Positions 37,557 through 45,852 of a stretch of DNA of 64,000 nt are shown here, piece by piece. The notes beneath the pieces were generated by a model that saw only the letters and a program-made list of their open reading frames with translations, was not told the DNA's origin and searched no databases. The stretch is from positions 289,014 through 353,013 of the forward strand of contig CP180347.1 of NCBI GenBank assembly GCA_048007995.1, read 5' to 3'. The DNA is from Rhodobacterales bacterium (GTDB taxonomy: Bacteria; Pseudomonadota; Alphaproteobacteria; Rhodobacterales; Rhodobacteraceae). How positions within the stretch are numbered: position 1 is the stretch's first letter; each line of letters begins with the position of its first letter. The translations under genes were made by a program, and so were the position numbers.

Positions 37557-38996
37557 CTACAGCCCCTTGGCGCGATAGCTGTCAGCAACCTTGCGGATCG
37601 ACACCAGATAGGCCGCCGTGCGCAGGTCATGTACGTCGTCGCGCCCATGCCAGACCGCGCGCATCGCCTGATAAGCCGTCCGCATCGTGTCGTCGAGCCC
37701 CGAGCGGACCAGTTCCAGCTCATCCGCACCGCGCAGATATCTGTCCTTGAAATCGGGCGACAGGGTCCACCCAAGGCCCTTGTCTGCCGACAGCCGTTCC
37801 AATTCATCCACCACCAGCTGGTGGCGCGATTCTTCCTGGCGGCGCTGCATCCGGCCGAACCGGATATGCGACAGGTTCTTGACCCATTCGAAATAGGACA
37901 CCGTCACGCCGCCCGCATTGGCATACATGTCGGGAATGATCACACAGCCCTTGTCGCGCAGGATTTCATCCGCCCCCGCGGTCACCGGGCCATTCGCCGC
38001 CTCGATGATCAGGGGGGCCTTGATGCGGTCGGCGTTGGACAGGTTGATCACCGCCTCCAATGCGGCGGGGATCAGAATGTCGCAATCAGCCTCCAGCATA
38101 CTGGCCCCGTCGGGGATGAATTTGGCATGGGGGTAATTGGCCAGACCGCCATTCTTGGTAATCCAGGCGCGGACGGTTTCGACATTCAGCCCCGCTTCGT
38201 CATGCAGCGCCCCGTCGCGTTCGATGATCGTGGTGATCAGCGCGCCATCTTCTTCGGACAGGAATTTGGCCGCGTGATACCCCACGTTGCCAAGGCCCTG
38301 CACGATCACGCGCTTGCCATCAAGGCTACCGGTCAGGTTCGCCTTGGCCACATCCTCGGGGTACCGGAAAAACTCGCGCAGGGCATATTGCACGCCGCGC
38401 CCCGTCGCCTCGACCCGGCCGGCGATGCCGCCTGCATTGGTGGGCTTGCCCGTGACACAGGCCGCAGCGTTGATATCGGTGGTATTCATCCGCCGGTACT
38501 GATCCGCGATCCAGGCCATTTCACGTTCGCCCGTGCCCATATCGGGCGCAGGCACGTTCTGGGCGGGGTTGATCAGGTCGCGCTTGATCAGTTCATAGGC
38601 GAAACGGCGGGTGATCAATTCCAGTTCATGTTCGTTCCAATCGGCAGGATTGATCCGCAAGCCACCCTTGGAGCCGCCAAAAGGCGCCTCAACCAGCGCG
38701 CATTTATAGGTCATCAGCGCCGCCAATGCCTCGACCTCGTCCTGATGGACGTTGATCGCATAGCGGATGCCGCCTTTGACCGGTTCCATATGTTCCGAAT
38801 GGACCGACCGATAGCCGGTGAATGTATGCAGCGCGCCACGCAGGCGCACACCGAAACGGACCGTATAGGTTGCGTTGCAGACCCTGATCTTTTCCTCCAG
38901 CCCGGGGCTGAGGTCCATCAGGGCGACGGCACGGTTGAACATCAGATCAACGGATTCGCGAAAACTGGGTTCCTGCACGGGATCGTGGGCGTTCAT
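37557..38996 (-). CDS. gdhA: Glutamate dehydrogenase (Glu/Leu/Phe/Val family)
   Basis: KGGIRY, GGSKGG, VPAPDMGTG, GRVEATGRG, QGLGNVG, EAANGP, NAGGVTVSYFEW. Confidence 0.93.
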   Translation of the reverse strand: MNAHDPVQEPSFRESVDLMFNRAVALMDLSPGLEEKIRVCNATYTVRFGVRLRGALHTFTGYRSVHSEHMEPVKGGIRYAINVHQDEVEALAALMTYKCALVEAPFGGSKGGLRINPADWNEHELELITRRFAYELIKRDLINPAQNVPAPDMGTGEREMAWIADQYRRMNTTDINAAACVTGKPTNAGGIAGRVEATGRGVQYALREFFRYPEDVAKANLTGSLDGKRVIVQGLGNVGYHAAKFLSEEDGALITTIIERDGALHDEAGLNVETVRAWITKNGGLANYPHAKFIPDGASMLEADCDILIPAALEAVINLSNADRIKAPLIIEAANGPVTAGADEILRDKGCVIIPDMYANAGGVTVSYFEWVKNLSHIRFGRMQRRQEESRHQLVVDELERLSADKGLGWTLSPDFKDRYLRGADELELVRSGLDDTMRTAYQAMRAVWHGRDDVHDLRTAAYLVSIRKVADSYRAKGL

Positions 38997-39192
38997 TGTC
39001 ATTCCTTCCTGTCCCGGCGCAGCGCCGGGTCTGTTCGGGCGCAGCACGCCCCATCGTCAACATAGGGGCGATTCTGCTAAAACAAGATGAGAAAATCAGC
39101 AGTTTTCAAAAAACAGACGATTTACCTGCCAGCATGCGGTGAATCCGGTCAATCGGCTGCGGGCGTTTGTTTCGCAAAAATAAACAGTCATA

Positions 39193-39206
39193 TTGATTTG
39201 GATAAA
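39193..39206. promoter_or_regulatory. FNR/FnrL-like box (1 mismatch) in the gdhA-tadG divergent region
   Basis: TTGAT-TTGG-ATAAA; lies in AT-rich DNA, so a chance match is possible. Confidence 0.3.
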
Positions 39207-39240
39207 CTGTCCATCAATCTGCTATAAATATCTCTTTTCA

Positions 39241-39256
39241 TTACATAAATCTTAAC
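39241..39256. promoter_or_regulatory. CtrA-like box upstream of the tad trio
   Basis: TTAC-N7-TTAAC (1 mismatch to TTAA-N7-TTAAC), about 95 bp before ATG 39352. Confidence 0.55.
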
Positions 39257-39351
39257 ATTCTTGTCACGTCGTCCAGCTGCTTGTGTTAAACAGAAGATGA
39301 ACGCTTTCATGAACAAGGCACGATGAAAATCGCCAGCTGCGAGGATTCAGA

Positions 39352-40809
39352 ATGCAAAATTCAAAGCCGCATTTGACAAGCAAGGCACACAACCCGCGCT
39401 GGCGCATCAAATGTTTGCGCGCCTTTGGACAGGACGAGAACGGCAGCGTCATCATCATGACGATCCTGCTGCTGGTCACGATGTTGATCTTGGGCGGCAT
39501 GGCGGTCGATTTCATGCGCTATGAGGCGCGGCGCGCGACGCTGCAATCGGTGTCGGACCGCGCTGTTTTGGCGGCAGCCAGCTTGAACCAGACCCTCGCT
39601 TCGCGCGACGTCGTCGAAGATTACTTTACCAAAGCTGGCTTTGCTGATGCGTTGGTCGGCACGCCTGTCGTGGTGGACAACGGCAATTCGCGCACCGTGA
39701 CGGTGCGGTCCGCACTTGATGTGAACACGTTCTACTTGCGGCTGGCCGGTATGGACCGTCTGACAGCCCCCGCACGGTCAAGCGCGACCGAAGGCGTCGG
39801 CAAGGTCGAAATTTCGTTGGTGCTGGATATTTCCGGCTCGATGCGCTTTAGCAACCGGTTCGTGAACATGCAGGCCGCGGCGATCGCATTCGCCGAAGAA
39901 GTGCTGGACCCCGCCAATGGCGGCACCGTGTCCTTGACCATCATCCCTTATGCGGGCGCGACAAATCCGGGGCCAGAGATGTTCGCCTTCATGGGCGGCG
40001 TGCGCTATCCCGATACGTTGCTGGCGGGTGATGACGGCATTCTAGGGACCAAGGACGATTATTTCTTTCCACAGGTGTCGTCTTGTGTGGAAATGGTCGG
40101 CACCGACTGGTCCAGCGCCGGTTTGCCAGGGGCCGGACGGGCCCAAGTGCCGCATTTCCAGGTCTGGGATATCGCCAAATCGGTGATGGATTGGGGCTGG
40201 TGCCCGCAGGACAGGTCATCGATCCAATATGCCATGGCAACGCCTGCGCAGGCCCGGTCTTTCATCAATGGCCTGCGGATGCATGACGGCACCGGCACGC
40301 ATTATGCGATGAAATACGCGCTCGCCACGCTCGACCCGTCCAGCCAACCCGCTTTCAAGCATCTCAGCCACCCCAGCAGGGGGCTTGTCCCGCCCCAATT
40401 TGCAAACCGCCCTGCCGCATGGGAAGATCCCGAAACCAAAAAGATCATCGTTCTGATGACCGATGGCGACATCACGCAACAGGAACGACCGCGCATTGCG
40501 CAGCAGGCACGGGATACTGACTACATCATCTCGCGGTCCATCAATGGCACGGACAACCGTGGCCCCTTGGTCGATACTGCCACCAACGTCGGCAGGTTCG
40601 AGGCGATTTGCACGCTGGCAAACCAACCCGCGCGCAGTGTGGACGTCTATACCGTCGCATTCGAGGTGCAGCCGAACAGCGCCGCCGACCGACAGATGCG
40701 CAACTGCGCCTCTGATCCATCCATGTTTTTCCGCACCAGCGGTGCCGAGCTGATCGACGTCTTTGCCGGTATTGCCGAACGGATCACTGACCTGAGGTTG
40801 AACCTGTGA
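39352..40809 (+). CDS. TadG-like pseudopilin with vWA domain
   Basis: Prepilin site DENG|SVIIM, GGMAVD, MIDAS LVLDISGSM, VLMTDG; RBS GAGGA. Confidence 0.88.
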   Translation: MQNSKPHLTSKAHNPRWRIKCLRAFGQDENGSVIIMTILLLVTMLILGGMAVDFMRYEARRATLQSVSDRAVLAAASLNQTLASRDVVEDYFTKAGFADALVGTPVVVDNGNSRTVTVRSALDVNTFYLRLAGMDRLTAPARSSATEGVGKVEISLVLDISGSMRFSNRFVNMQAAAIAFAEEVLDPANGGTVSLTIIPYAGATNPGPEMFAFMGGVRYPDTLLAGDDGILGTKDDYFFPQVSSCVEMVGTDWSSAGLPGAGRAQVPHFQVWDIAKSVMDWGWCPQDRSSIQYAMATPAQARSFINGLRMHDGTGTHYAMKYALATLDPSSQPAFKHLSHPSRGLVPPQFANRPAAWEDPETKKIIVLMTDGDITQQERPRIAQQARDTDYIISRSINGTDNRGPLVDTATNVGRFEAICTLANQPARSVDVYTVAFEVQPNSAADRQMRNCASDPSMFFRTSGAELIDVFAGIAERITDLRLNL

Positions 40810-41381
40810 CGTCCGCCTTGCGTTTGCGCGATCTCTTGCGCCGGTTTCACACCAATGAGGATGGTGTGGTCACGGTTGAATTCGTGATCATCTTTCCGGT
40901 GTTCATGACATTCTTTCTGATGACCTATGAAAGCGGGATGATTTCGCTGCGCCATTTCGCGCTGGAACGGGCGGTGGATGTCGTCGTGCGTGATGTGCGC
41001 ATCGGGGCAATCCCGAATCCGACGCGCAACACCCTGCGGGCGAATATTTGTGACGTAGCCCGGCTCTTGCCGGATTGCGAAAACCAGTTGCAGTTGGAAA
41101 TGATCCGCCGTGACCTGCGCAATTGGGTCGATGTGCCGGACACGGTGCAATGCATTGATCGCGGCGCCGCAGTACAGCCCGTCGTTGAATTCACCAGCGG
41201 CGGCAATAACGAATTGATCTTTCTGCGCGCTTGCGTCCGGCTTGATCCGGTGCTGCCGACCAGCCTTTTGGGCCGCACCATTGTTGACGCCAATGCAAAC
41301 AGCGCGGCGGCCGGGTCTTATGCGCTGGTCTCGACCACGGCTTTTGTTGTTGAACCGTTCCGGAACACGCCAGGATCATGA
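40806..41381 (+). CDS. TadE/TadF-like pseudopilin
   Basis: NEDG|VVTVEFVIIFP; GTGA coupling. Confidence 0.85.
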   Translation: MTSALRLRDLLRRFHTNEDGVVTVEFVIIFPVFMTFFLMTYESGMISLRHFALERAVDVVVRDVRIGAIPNPTRNTLRANICDVARLLPDCENQLQLEMIRRDLRNWVDVPDTVQCIDRGAAVQPVVEFTSGGNNELIFLRACVRLDPVLPTSLLGRTIVDANANSAAAGSYALVSTTAFVVEPFRNTPGS

Positions 41382-41986
41382 TGACCGATCTGATCAAACG
41401 CTTTCGCGACAACGAGGATGGATCAGCCGCCATTGAACTGGTGCTGGTCACCCCGATCATCACATGGGCCTTGTTGTCCACGATCGTTTATTTCGACGCC
41501 TTCCGCGCGGAAACACGCAGCGCGCGCGCGGGCCTGACCATCGCGGATATGTTCAGCCGCGAGGCCAGCGCGCCAGTTGCCATCGGTGCAGGCTATGTTG
41601 ATGCAGCGCAGGCGCTGCTGGGCACTTTGGTCGAATTCGACCCCGCCCCCGCCCTGCGTGTCACATCCTATGCTTGGGACGCGGCGGCAAACCGCTATGT
41701 GCTGCGCTGGTCCGAAAGTCGCGGCATGGGTCAGGCGCTGACGGATGTCGATCTTGCCTTGATGACAGACCGTCTACCGCTGCTGGCGGATGGGGCGACG
41801 TCGCTTCTGGTTGAAACAAGCGCCGCCTATCGCGCGCCGTTTTCGCTGGGCATCGCGCCCTTCACGAACAACACTCTGGGTCCGGTCGAGATGACGACCT
41901 TCACGGTCATATCGCCACGGTTCGTGCCGGCGATCTGCTTTGACCCGACACCCTTGATCCCGACCAATGGCGACGAGATTTGCTGA
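41378..41986 (+). CDS. TadE/TadF-like pseudopilin
   Basis: NEDG|SAAIELVLVTP; ATGA coupling. Confidence 0.82.
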   Translation: MMTDLIKRFRDNEDGSAAIELVLVTPIITWALLSTIVYFDAFRAETRSARAGLTIADMFSREASAPVAIGAGYVDAAQALLGTLVEFDPAPALRVTSYAWDAAANRYVLRWSESRGMGQALTDVDLALMTDRLPLLADGATSLLVETSAAYRAPFSLGIAPFTNNTLGPVEMTTFTVISPRFVPAICFDPTPLIPTNGDEIC

Positions 41987-42472
41987 TCAGCCGCTGCGCG
42001 CCTTGATCCGCAGGGCGATCTGTTCGGCCATGAACTTGGCCGGGCCAGCCGCGGTGACACCGCCAATGCCGACGCGTTTGCCGATCCGCCACCACATACC
42101 GGGTGACCAACCGCGTGGCTGACGCGTTTTCAGCACCAGCGTAAAGCCATTGGCGGGTTTCATCGCCAGCGCGCCGCGATCCACCAGCACGATATCGTCG
42201 ATCCGCGCCAGAACCCTGCCGTCGGTGTCGCGCAGGTCGGTCTCGGTCAGCACAATGCCCAGCCGCGTGGCGCGGCGCATCATATCCCCCAGCCACAGCA
42301 TCGCAGCCCCGAAACCCAACAGAAAGATCAGCCAGATCAGGTCAGGCGGATGGGCCATCGCCGTATAGATCAGCAATCCACCCAAGCCATAGATCACCGC
42401 ACAGGCAAAATAGCGGCGCCCCTCGGAGGCATGGACGGTCGGATAACCGCCGGTGTGATCGGGGTTGAACAT
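41987..42472 (-). CDS. Membrane-anchored hypothetical protein
   Basis: Two N-terminal TM segments, then a beta-rich soluble domain (WSPGMWWRIGKRVGIGG). Confidence 0.75.
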   Translation of the reverse strand: MFNPDHTGGYPTVHASEGRRYFACAVIYGLGGLLIYTAMAHPPDLIWLIFLLGFGAAMLWLGDMMRRATRLGIVLTETDLRDTDGRVLARIDDIVLVDRGALAMKPANGFTLVLKTRQPRGWSPGMWWRIGKRVGIGGVTAAGPAKFMAEQIALRIKARSG

Positions 42473-42487
42473 GGATAGCCTTTCGCG

Positions 42488-43075
42488 TCAGCGCCGGACG
42501 GATTTCTGGACAAGGTTGCAATAGATTTCTTCGATCGCATCCATGCCCAGCCTGCCACCTTCGCGGTACCAATGGCTGAGCCCGGTCAACATGGCAATGA
42601 TCGCCATCGTCGCAATCCGCGTGTCAGGCACGGAAAAGACCCCCGCCGCCACCCCGTCGCGCAAGATATCTTCGAGCGCGGTTTCGTAATCGCGGCGCAT
42701 GGATTCCAGAATGGCAAAGTTTTCAGGCGCAAGGTTGCGCAATTCCATGTACGATACAAACACCTGATCCGGCCGCGGCAGATGGAACCGGATGTGAAAC
42801 CGCGTGAAGCCATCCAGCCGCGCGGGCGGATCACCGCGCAGATCGGCCGCGGCCAGCGCATCCAGCACGTCCTGCATATGCGCGCGCATCAGGTCGAACA
42901 ACAAGGTCTGCTTGTCAGGGGTGTAATTATACAGCGCCCCCGCCTGCACCCCGACCTCGGCCGCGATCTGGCGCATCGACACGGCCGCATAGCCATGCCG
43001 CGCAATCAGCCGCAAGGCCGTGTCCTGCACCCGTGGGCCGGTGATATCGGAATGAGACCCTTGTTTGCGCGCCAT
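42488..43075 (-). CDS. TetR/AcrR family regulator
   Basis: HTH ARHGYAAVSMRQIAAEVGVQAGALYNYTPDKQTLL. Confidence 0.92.
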   Translation of the reverse strand: MARKQGSHSDITGPRVQDTALRLIARHGYAAVSMRQIAAEVGVQAGALYNYTPDKQTLLFDLMRAHMQDVLDALAAADLRGDPPARLDGFTRFHIRFHLPRPDQVFVSYMELRNLAPENFAILESMRRDYETALEDILRDGVAAGVFSVPDTRIATMAIIAMLTGLSHWYREGGRLGMDAIEEIYCNLVQKSVRR

Positions 43076-43088
43076 GGGCCCATCTAAC

Positions 43089-43102
43089 TGAACAGTCGTT
43101 CA
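43089..43102. promoter_or_regulatory. Probable TetR autoregulatory operator
   Basis: Palindrome TGAAC-AGTC-GTTCA, 13 bp upstream of the TetR ATG. Confidence 0.6.
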
Positions 43103-43154
43103 AATGAAAAGCCCGACTTGCTGCAAAGGCCGCTGCATGTCTATTGTCTGCCAC

Positions 43155-43385
43155 ATGCGCTACGCCCTGCCCTTTTTGCTGATCCTTGCCGCCTGCGCGG
43201 ATACTCCCGCCTTGGATGGTACGGTGTCCGAGGCTGCGCGCCTTGCACCTTACCCGCGTCTGGCACCGCTGGAAGATCTGCCCGCATCGGTCATGACCGA
43301 CACGGATGGCATGGGCGACCGGCTGGCCGCGTTGCAACGCCGTGCAGCGGCGCTGCGTGCGATTGATCCGGACGCGTTGCAGTAG
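43155..43385 (+). CDS. Small lipoprotein
   Basis: MRYALPFLLILAAC lipobox; APYPRLAPL; C-terminal helix. Confidence 0.75.
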   Translation: MRYALPFLLILAACADTPALDGTVSEAARLAPYPRLAPLEDLPASVMTDTDGMGDRLAALQRRAAALRAIDPDALQ

Positions 43386-43439
43386 CCAAATCTATTCGCT
43401 ACACCGCAGGGCAACCGCGACAGATATGGATTTGACAGC

Positions 43440-44726
43440 ATGACACACCCCTTAAGGCTCGGCATTGCGGGACTGGGCACCGTTGGCGTGGGCGTCGTGC
43501 GGATCGTGCAGAAGCATGCCGATCTGTTGCAGGCGCGTTCGGGCCGTAGGGTCACGATCAGCGCGGTATCGGCGCGCAGCCGTGACAAGGATCGCGGCGT
43601 CGATCTGTCCGCCTATGCATGGGAAGATGATCCTGTGGCCCTTGCCCGCCGCGATGATGTCGATCTGTTCATCGAGGTGATGGGCGGCCATGACGGCCCC
43701 GCCAAACACGCGACCGAAGCCGCAATTGCCGCGGGCAAGGATGTGGTTTCCGCCAACAAGGCGCTGCTGGCCGTGCATGGCCAAGCCATCGCCGAAGCCG
43801 CCGAGGCCGCAGGCCGTGTGATCCGGTTCGAGGCCGCCGTTGCTGGCGGTATTCCCGTCGTCAAGGCGCTGACCGAAGGGCTGGCCGCCAATGACATCAC
43901 CCGGATCATGGGCGTGATGAACGGAAGCTGCAATTACATCCTGACCCGCATGGAAAACGCGGGCCTGACCTATAGCGAGGTGTTCGACGAGGCCAACGCC
44001 CTTGGCTATCTGGAAGCCGACCCCGAACTGGATGTGGGCGGGATCGACGCGGGCCACAAACTGGCCCTGTTATCGGCCATCGCATTCGGCACGCAGGTCG
44101 ATTTCGACGCCGTGCAGCTGGAAGGCATCGGTGCGGTCAGTATCGAAGATATCCGCCAAGCCGCCGATATGGGCTTCAAGATCAAGCTTTTGGGTGTCGC
44201 CCAGATGACGGGCCGCGGGCTGGAACAGCGGATGTCGCCTTGTCTGGTGCCGGACACATCACCGCTTGGCCAGTTGCAGGGCGGCACCAATATGATTGTG
44301 CTGGAAGGCGATTCGGTCGGCCAGATCGTGCTGCGTGGCCCCGGTGCAGGCGAAGGCCCGACCGCCAGTGCCGTGATGGGCGATGTGATGGATATCGCGC
44401 GCGGTATACGGATTTCGACCTTTGGGCAGCCCGCGACCAGCCTGCGGCGCGCGCGCCCCGCATTGGCGGCGATACCGGCCCCCTATTATCTGCGGCTGCA
44501 ATTGCTGGATAAACCCGGTGCTTTGGCCAAGGTCGCGCGCGCCTTGGGCGATGCGGGCATTTCCATCGACCGGATGCGCCAATATGGCCATGCCGAACCC
44601 ACGGCCCCGGTGTTGATCGTGACGCATAAGACGACCCGCACCGCATTGGACGAGGCTTTGGCCGCGTTCAAGGACACCGGCGTGGTGTCGGGCGATCCTG
44701 TTGCGATCCGGATCGAGGCGGTTTAG
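43440..44726 (+). CDS. hom: Homoserine dehydrogenase
   Basis: IAGLGTVG, VSANKAL, FEAAVAGGIP, GYLEADP..D, C-terminal ACT domain. Confidence 0.96.
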   Translation: MTHPLRLGIAGLGTVGVGVVRIVQKHADLLQARSGRRVTISAVSARSRDKDRGVDLSAYAWEDDPVALARRDDVDLFIEVMGGHDGPAKHATEAAIAAGKDVVSANKALLAVHGQAIAEAAEAAGRVIRFEAAVAGGIPVVKALTEGLAANDITRIMGVMNGSCNYILTRMENAGLTYSEVFDEANALGYLEADPELDVGGIDAGHKLALLSAIAFGTQVDFDAVQLEGIGAVSIEDIRQAADMGFKIKLLGVAQMTGRGLEQRMSPCLVPDTSPLGQLQGGTNMIVLEGDSVGQIVLRGPGAGEGPTASAVMGDVMDIARGIRISTFGQPATSLRRARPALAAIPAPYYLRLQLLDKPGALAKVARALGDAGISIDRMRQYGHAEPTAPVLIVTHKTTRTALDEALAAFKDTGVVSGDPVAIRIEAV

Positions 44727-44796
44727 CGCAAACAGCCTTGCGACGGTGGCCCAAGCAGGGTTTACCGTGGGGTGAACATCCCGAAGGAATACCCAT

Positions 44797-45762
44797 ATGC
44801 CCAGCCCCGCCGATTTCAACGACCGCAACCTGTCGCTGGGTCTGGCCCGCGTCTCTGAAGCGGCCGCCATCGCCTGCGCGTCTCTGATCGGGCGCGGCGA
44901 TGAAAAGGCCGCCGATCAGGCGGCGGTGGATGCGATGCGCAACCAGCTCAACAAGCTCGATATCGCCGGTGTCGTGGTGATTGGTGAAGGTGAACGCGAC
45001 GAAGCCCCAATGCTGTTCATCGGCGAAGAGGTCGGCACCGGCAACGGGCCAGGCGTGGATATCGCGCTTGACCCGCTGGAAGGCACCACGTTGACCGCCA
45101 AGGACATGCCCAATGCATTGGCCGTCATCGCAATGGGCCCGCGCGGGTCGATGCTGCATGCGCCGGATGTCTATATGGACAAGCTCGCGATCGGGCCGGG
45201 GTTTCGCACCGGTGTCGTGACGCTGGATATGTCGCCTGCGGAACGGGTGTCGGCGCTGGCCGCCGCCAAAGGCTGTTCGACCAAGGATATCACCGTCTGC
45301 GTGCTGGAACGTCCCCGCCACGAAGACATGATTGCCGAAATCCGCGGCACGGGGGCCGCGATCCGGCTGATCACTGATGGTGATGTGGCGGGTGTCATGC
45401 ATTGCGCCGAACCCGATATCACCGGCATCGACATGTATATGGGGTCTGGCGGCGCGCCCGAAGGTGTGCTGGCCGCAGCCGCGCTGAAATGCATGGGCGG
45501 GCAGATTTTTGGCCGGCTGTTGTTCCGCAATGATGACGAGCGCGCGCGCGCAACCAAGGCCGGTATCACCAATTTCGACCGCGTCTATACCCGCGACGAC
45601 CTTGTGACTGGCGATGTGATCTTTGCCGCGACCGGAGTCACGGATGGATCTCTGGTGCCGGGGATCAAGCGCGAGGTCGGTTTTGTCACCGCCGAGACGA
45701 TCCTGATGCGGTCCAAAACCGGATCGGTGCGGCGGATGATCTATCGCAATCCCGTGCGCTGA
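44797..45762 (+). CDS. glpX: Class II fructose-1,6-bisphosphatase
   Basis: VIGEGERDEAPML, DPLEGT, DGDV, GGAPEGV, FAATGVT. Confidence 0.96.
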   Translation: MPSPADFNDRNLSLGLARVSEAAAIACASLIGRGDEKAADQAAVDAMRNQLNKLDIAGVVVIGEGERDEAPMLFIGEEVGTGNGPGVDIALDPLEGTTLTAKDMPNALAVIAMGPRGSMLHAPDVYMDKLAIGPGFRTGVVTLDMSPAERVSALAAAKGCSTKDITVCVLERPRHEDMIAEIRGTGAAIRLITDGDVAGVMHCAEPDITGIDMYMGSGGAPEGVLAAAALKCMGGQIFGRLLFRNDDERARATKAGITNFDRVYTRDDLVTGDVIFAATGVTDGSLVPGIKREVGFVTAETILMRSKTGSVRRMIYRNPVR

Positions 45763-45776
45763 GGCGCTGGCGCGCC

Positions 45777-45809
45777 GCCTCCGGCGGGAGTATTTTTGGA
45801 AATAAGAAG
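45777..45809 (-). repeat. Dispersed intergenic repeat, copy G
   Basis: Reverse complement CTTCTTATTTCCAAAAATACTCCCGCCGGAGGC; its tail pairs with GAGGCG at the glpX stop. Confidence 0.85.
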
Positions 45810-45817
45810 TCAAGGCG

Positions 45818-45846
45818 TGGCGCGCCAGTTGCGGCGCTGCTAGTAT
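45818..45846 (+). promoter_or_regulatory. Putative recJ promoter; probable leaderless mRNA
   Basis: TGGCGC-N17-TAGTAT-N6-ATG. Confidence 0.5.
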
Positions 45847-45852
45847 GGGCGC

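Noticed and set aside
37533-39065. 510-aa antisense ORF covering all of gdhA
   Set aside because: Same codon-bias effect; it mirrors the sense codons and shows no domain signature.
39066-39351. AT-rich gap as a replication origin or island
   Set aside because: No DnaA-box cluster or mobility gene; explained as a divergent promoter region.
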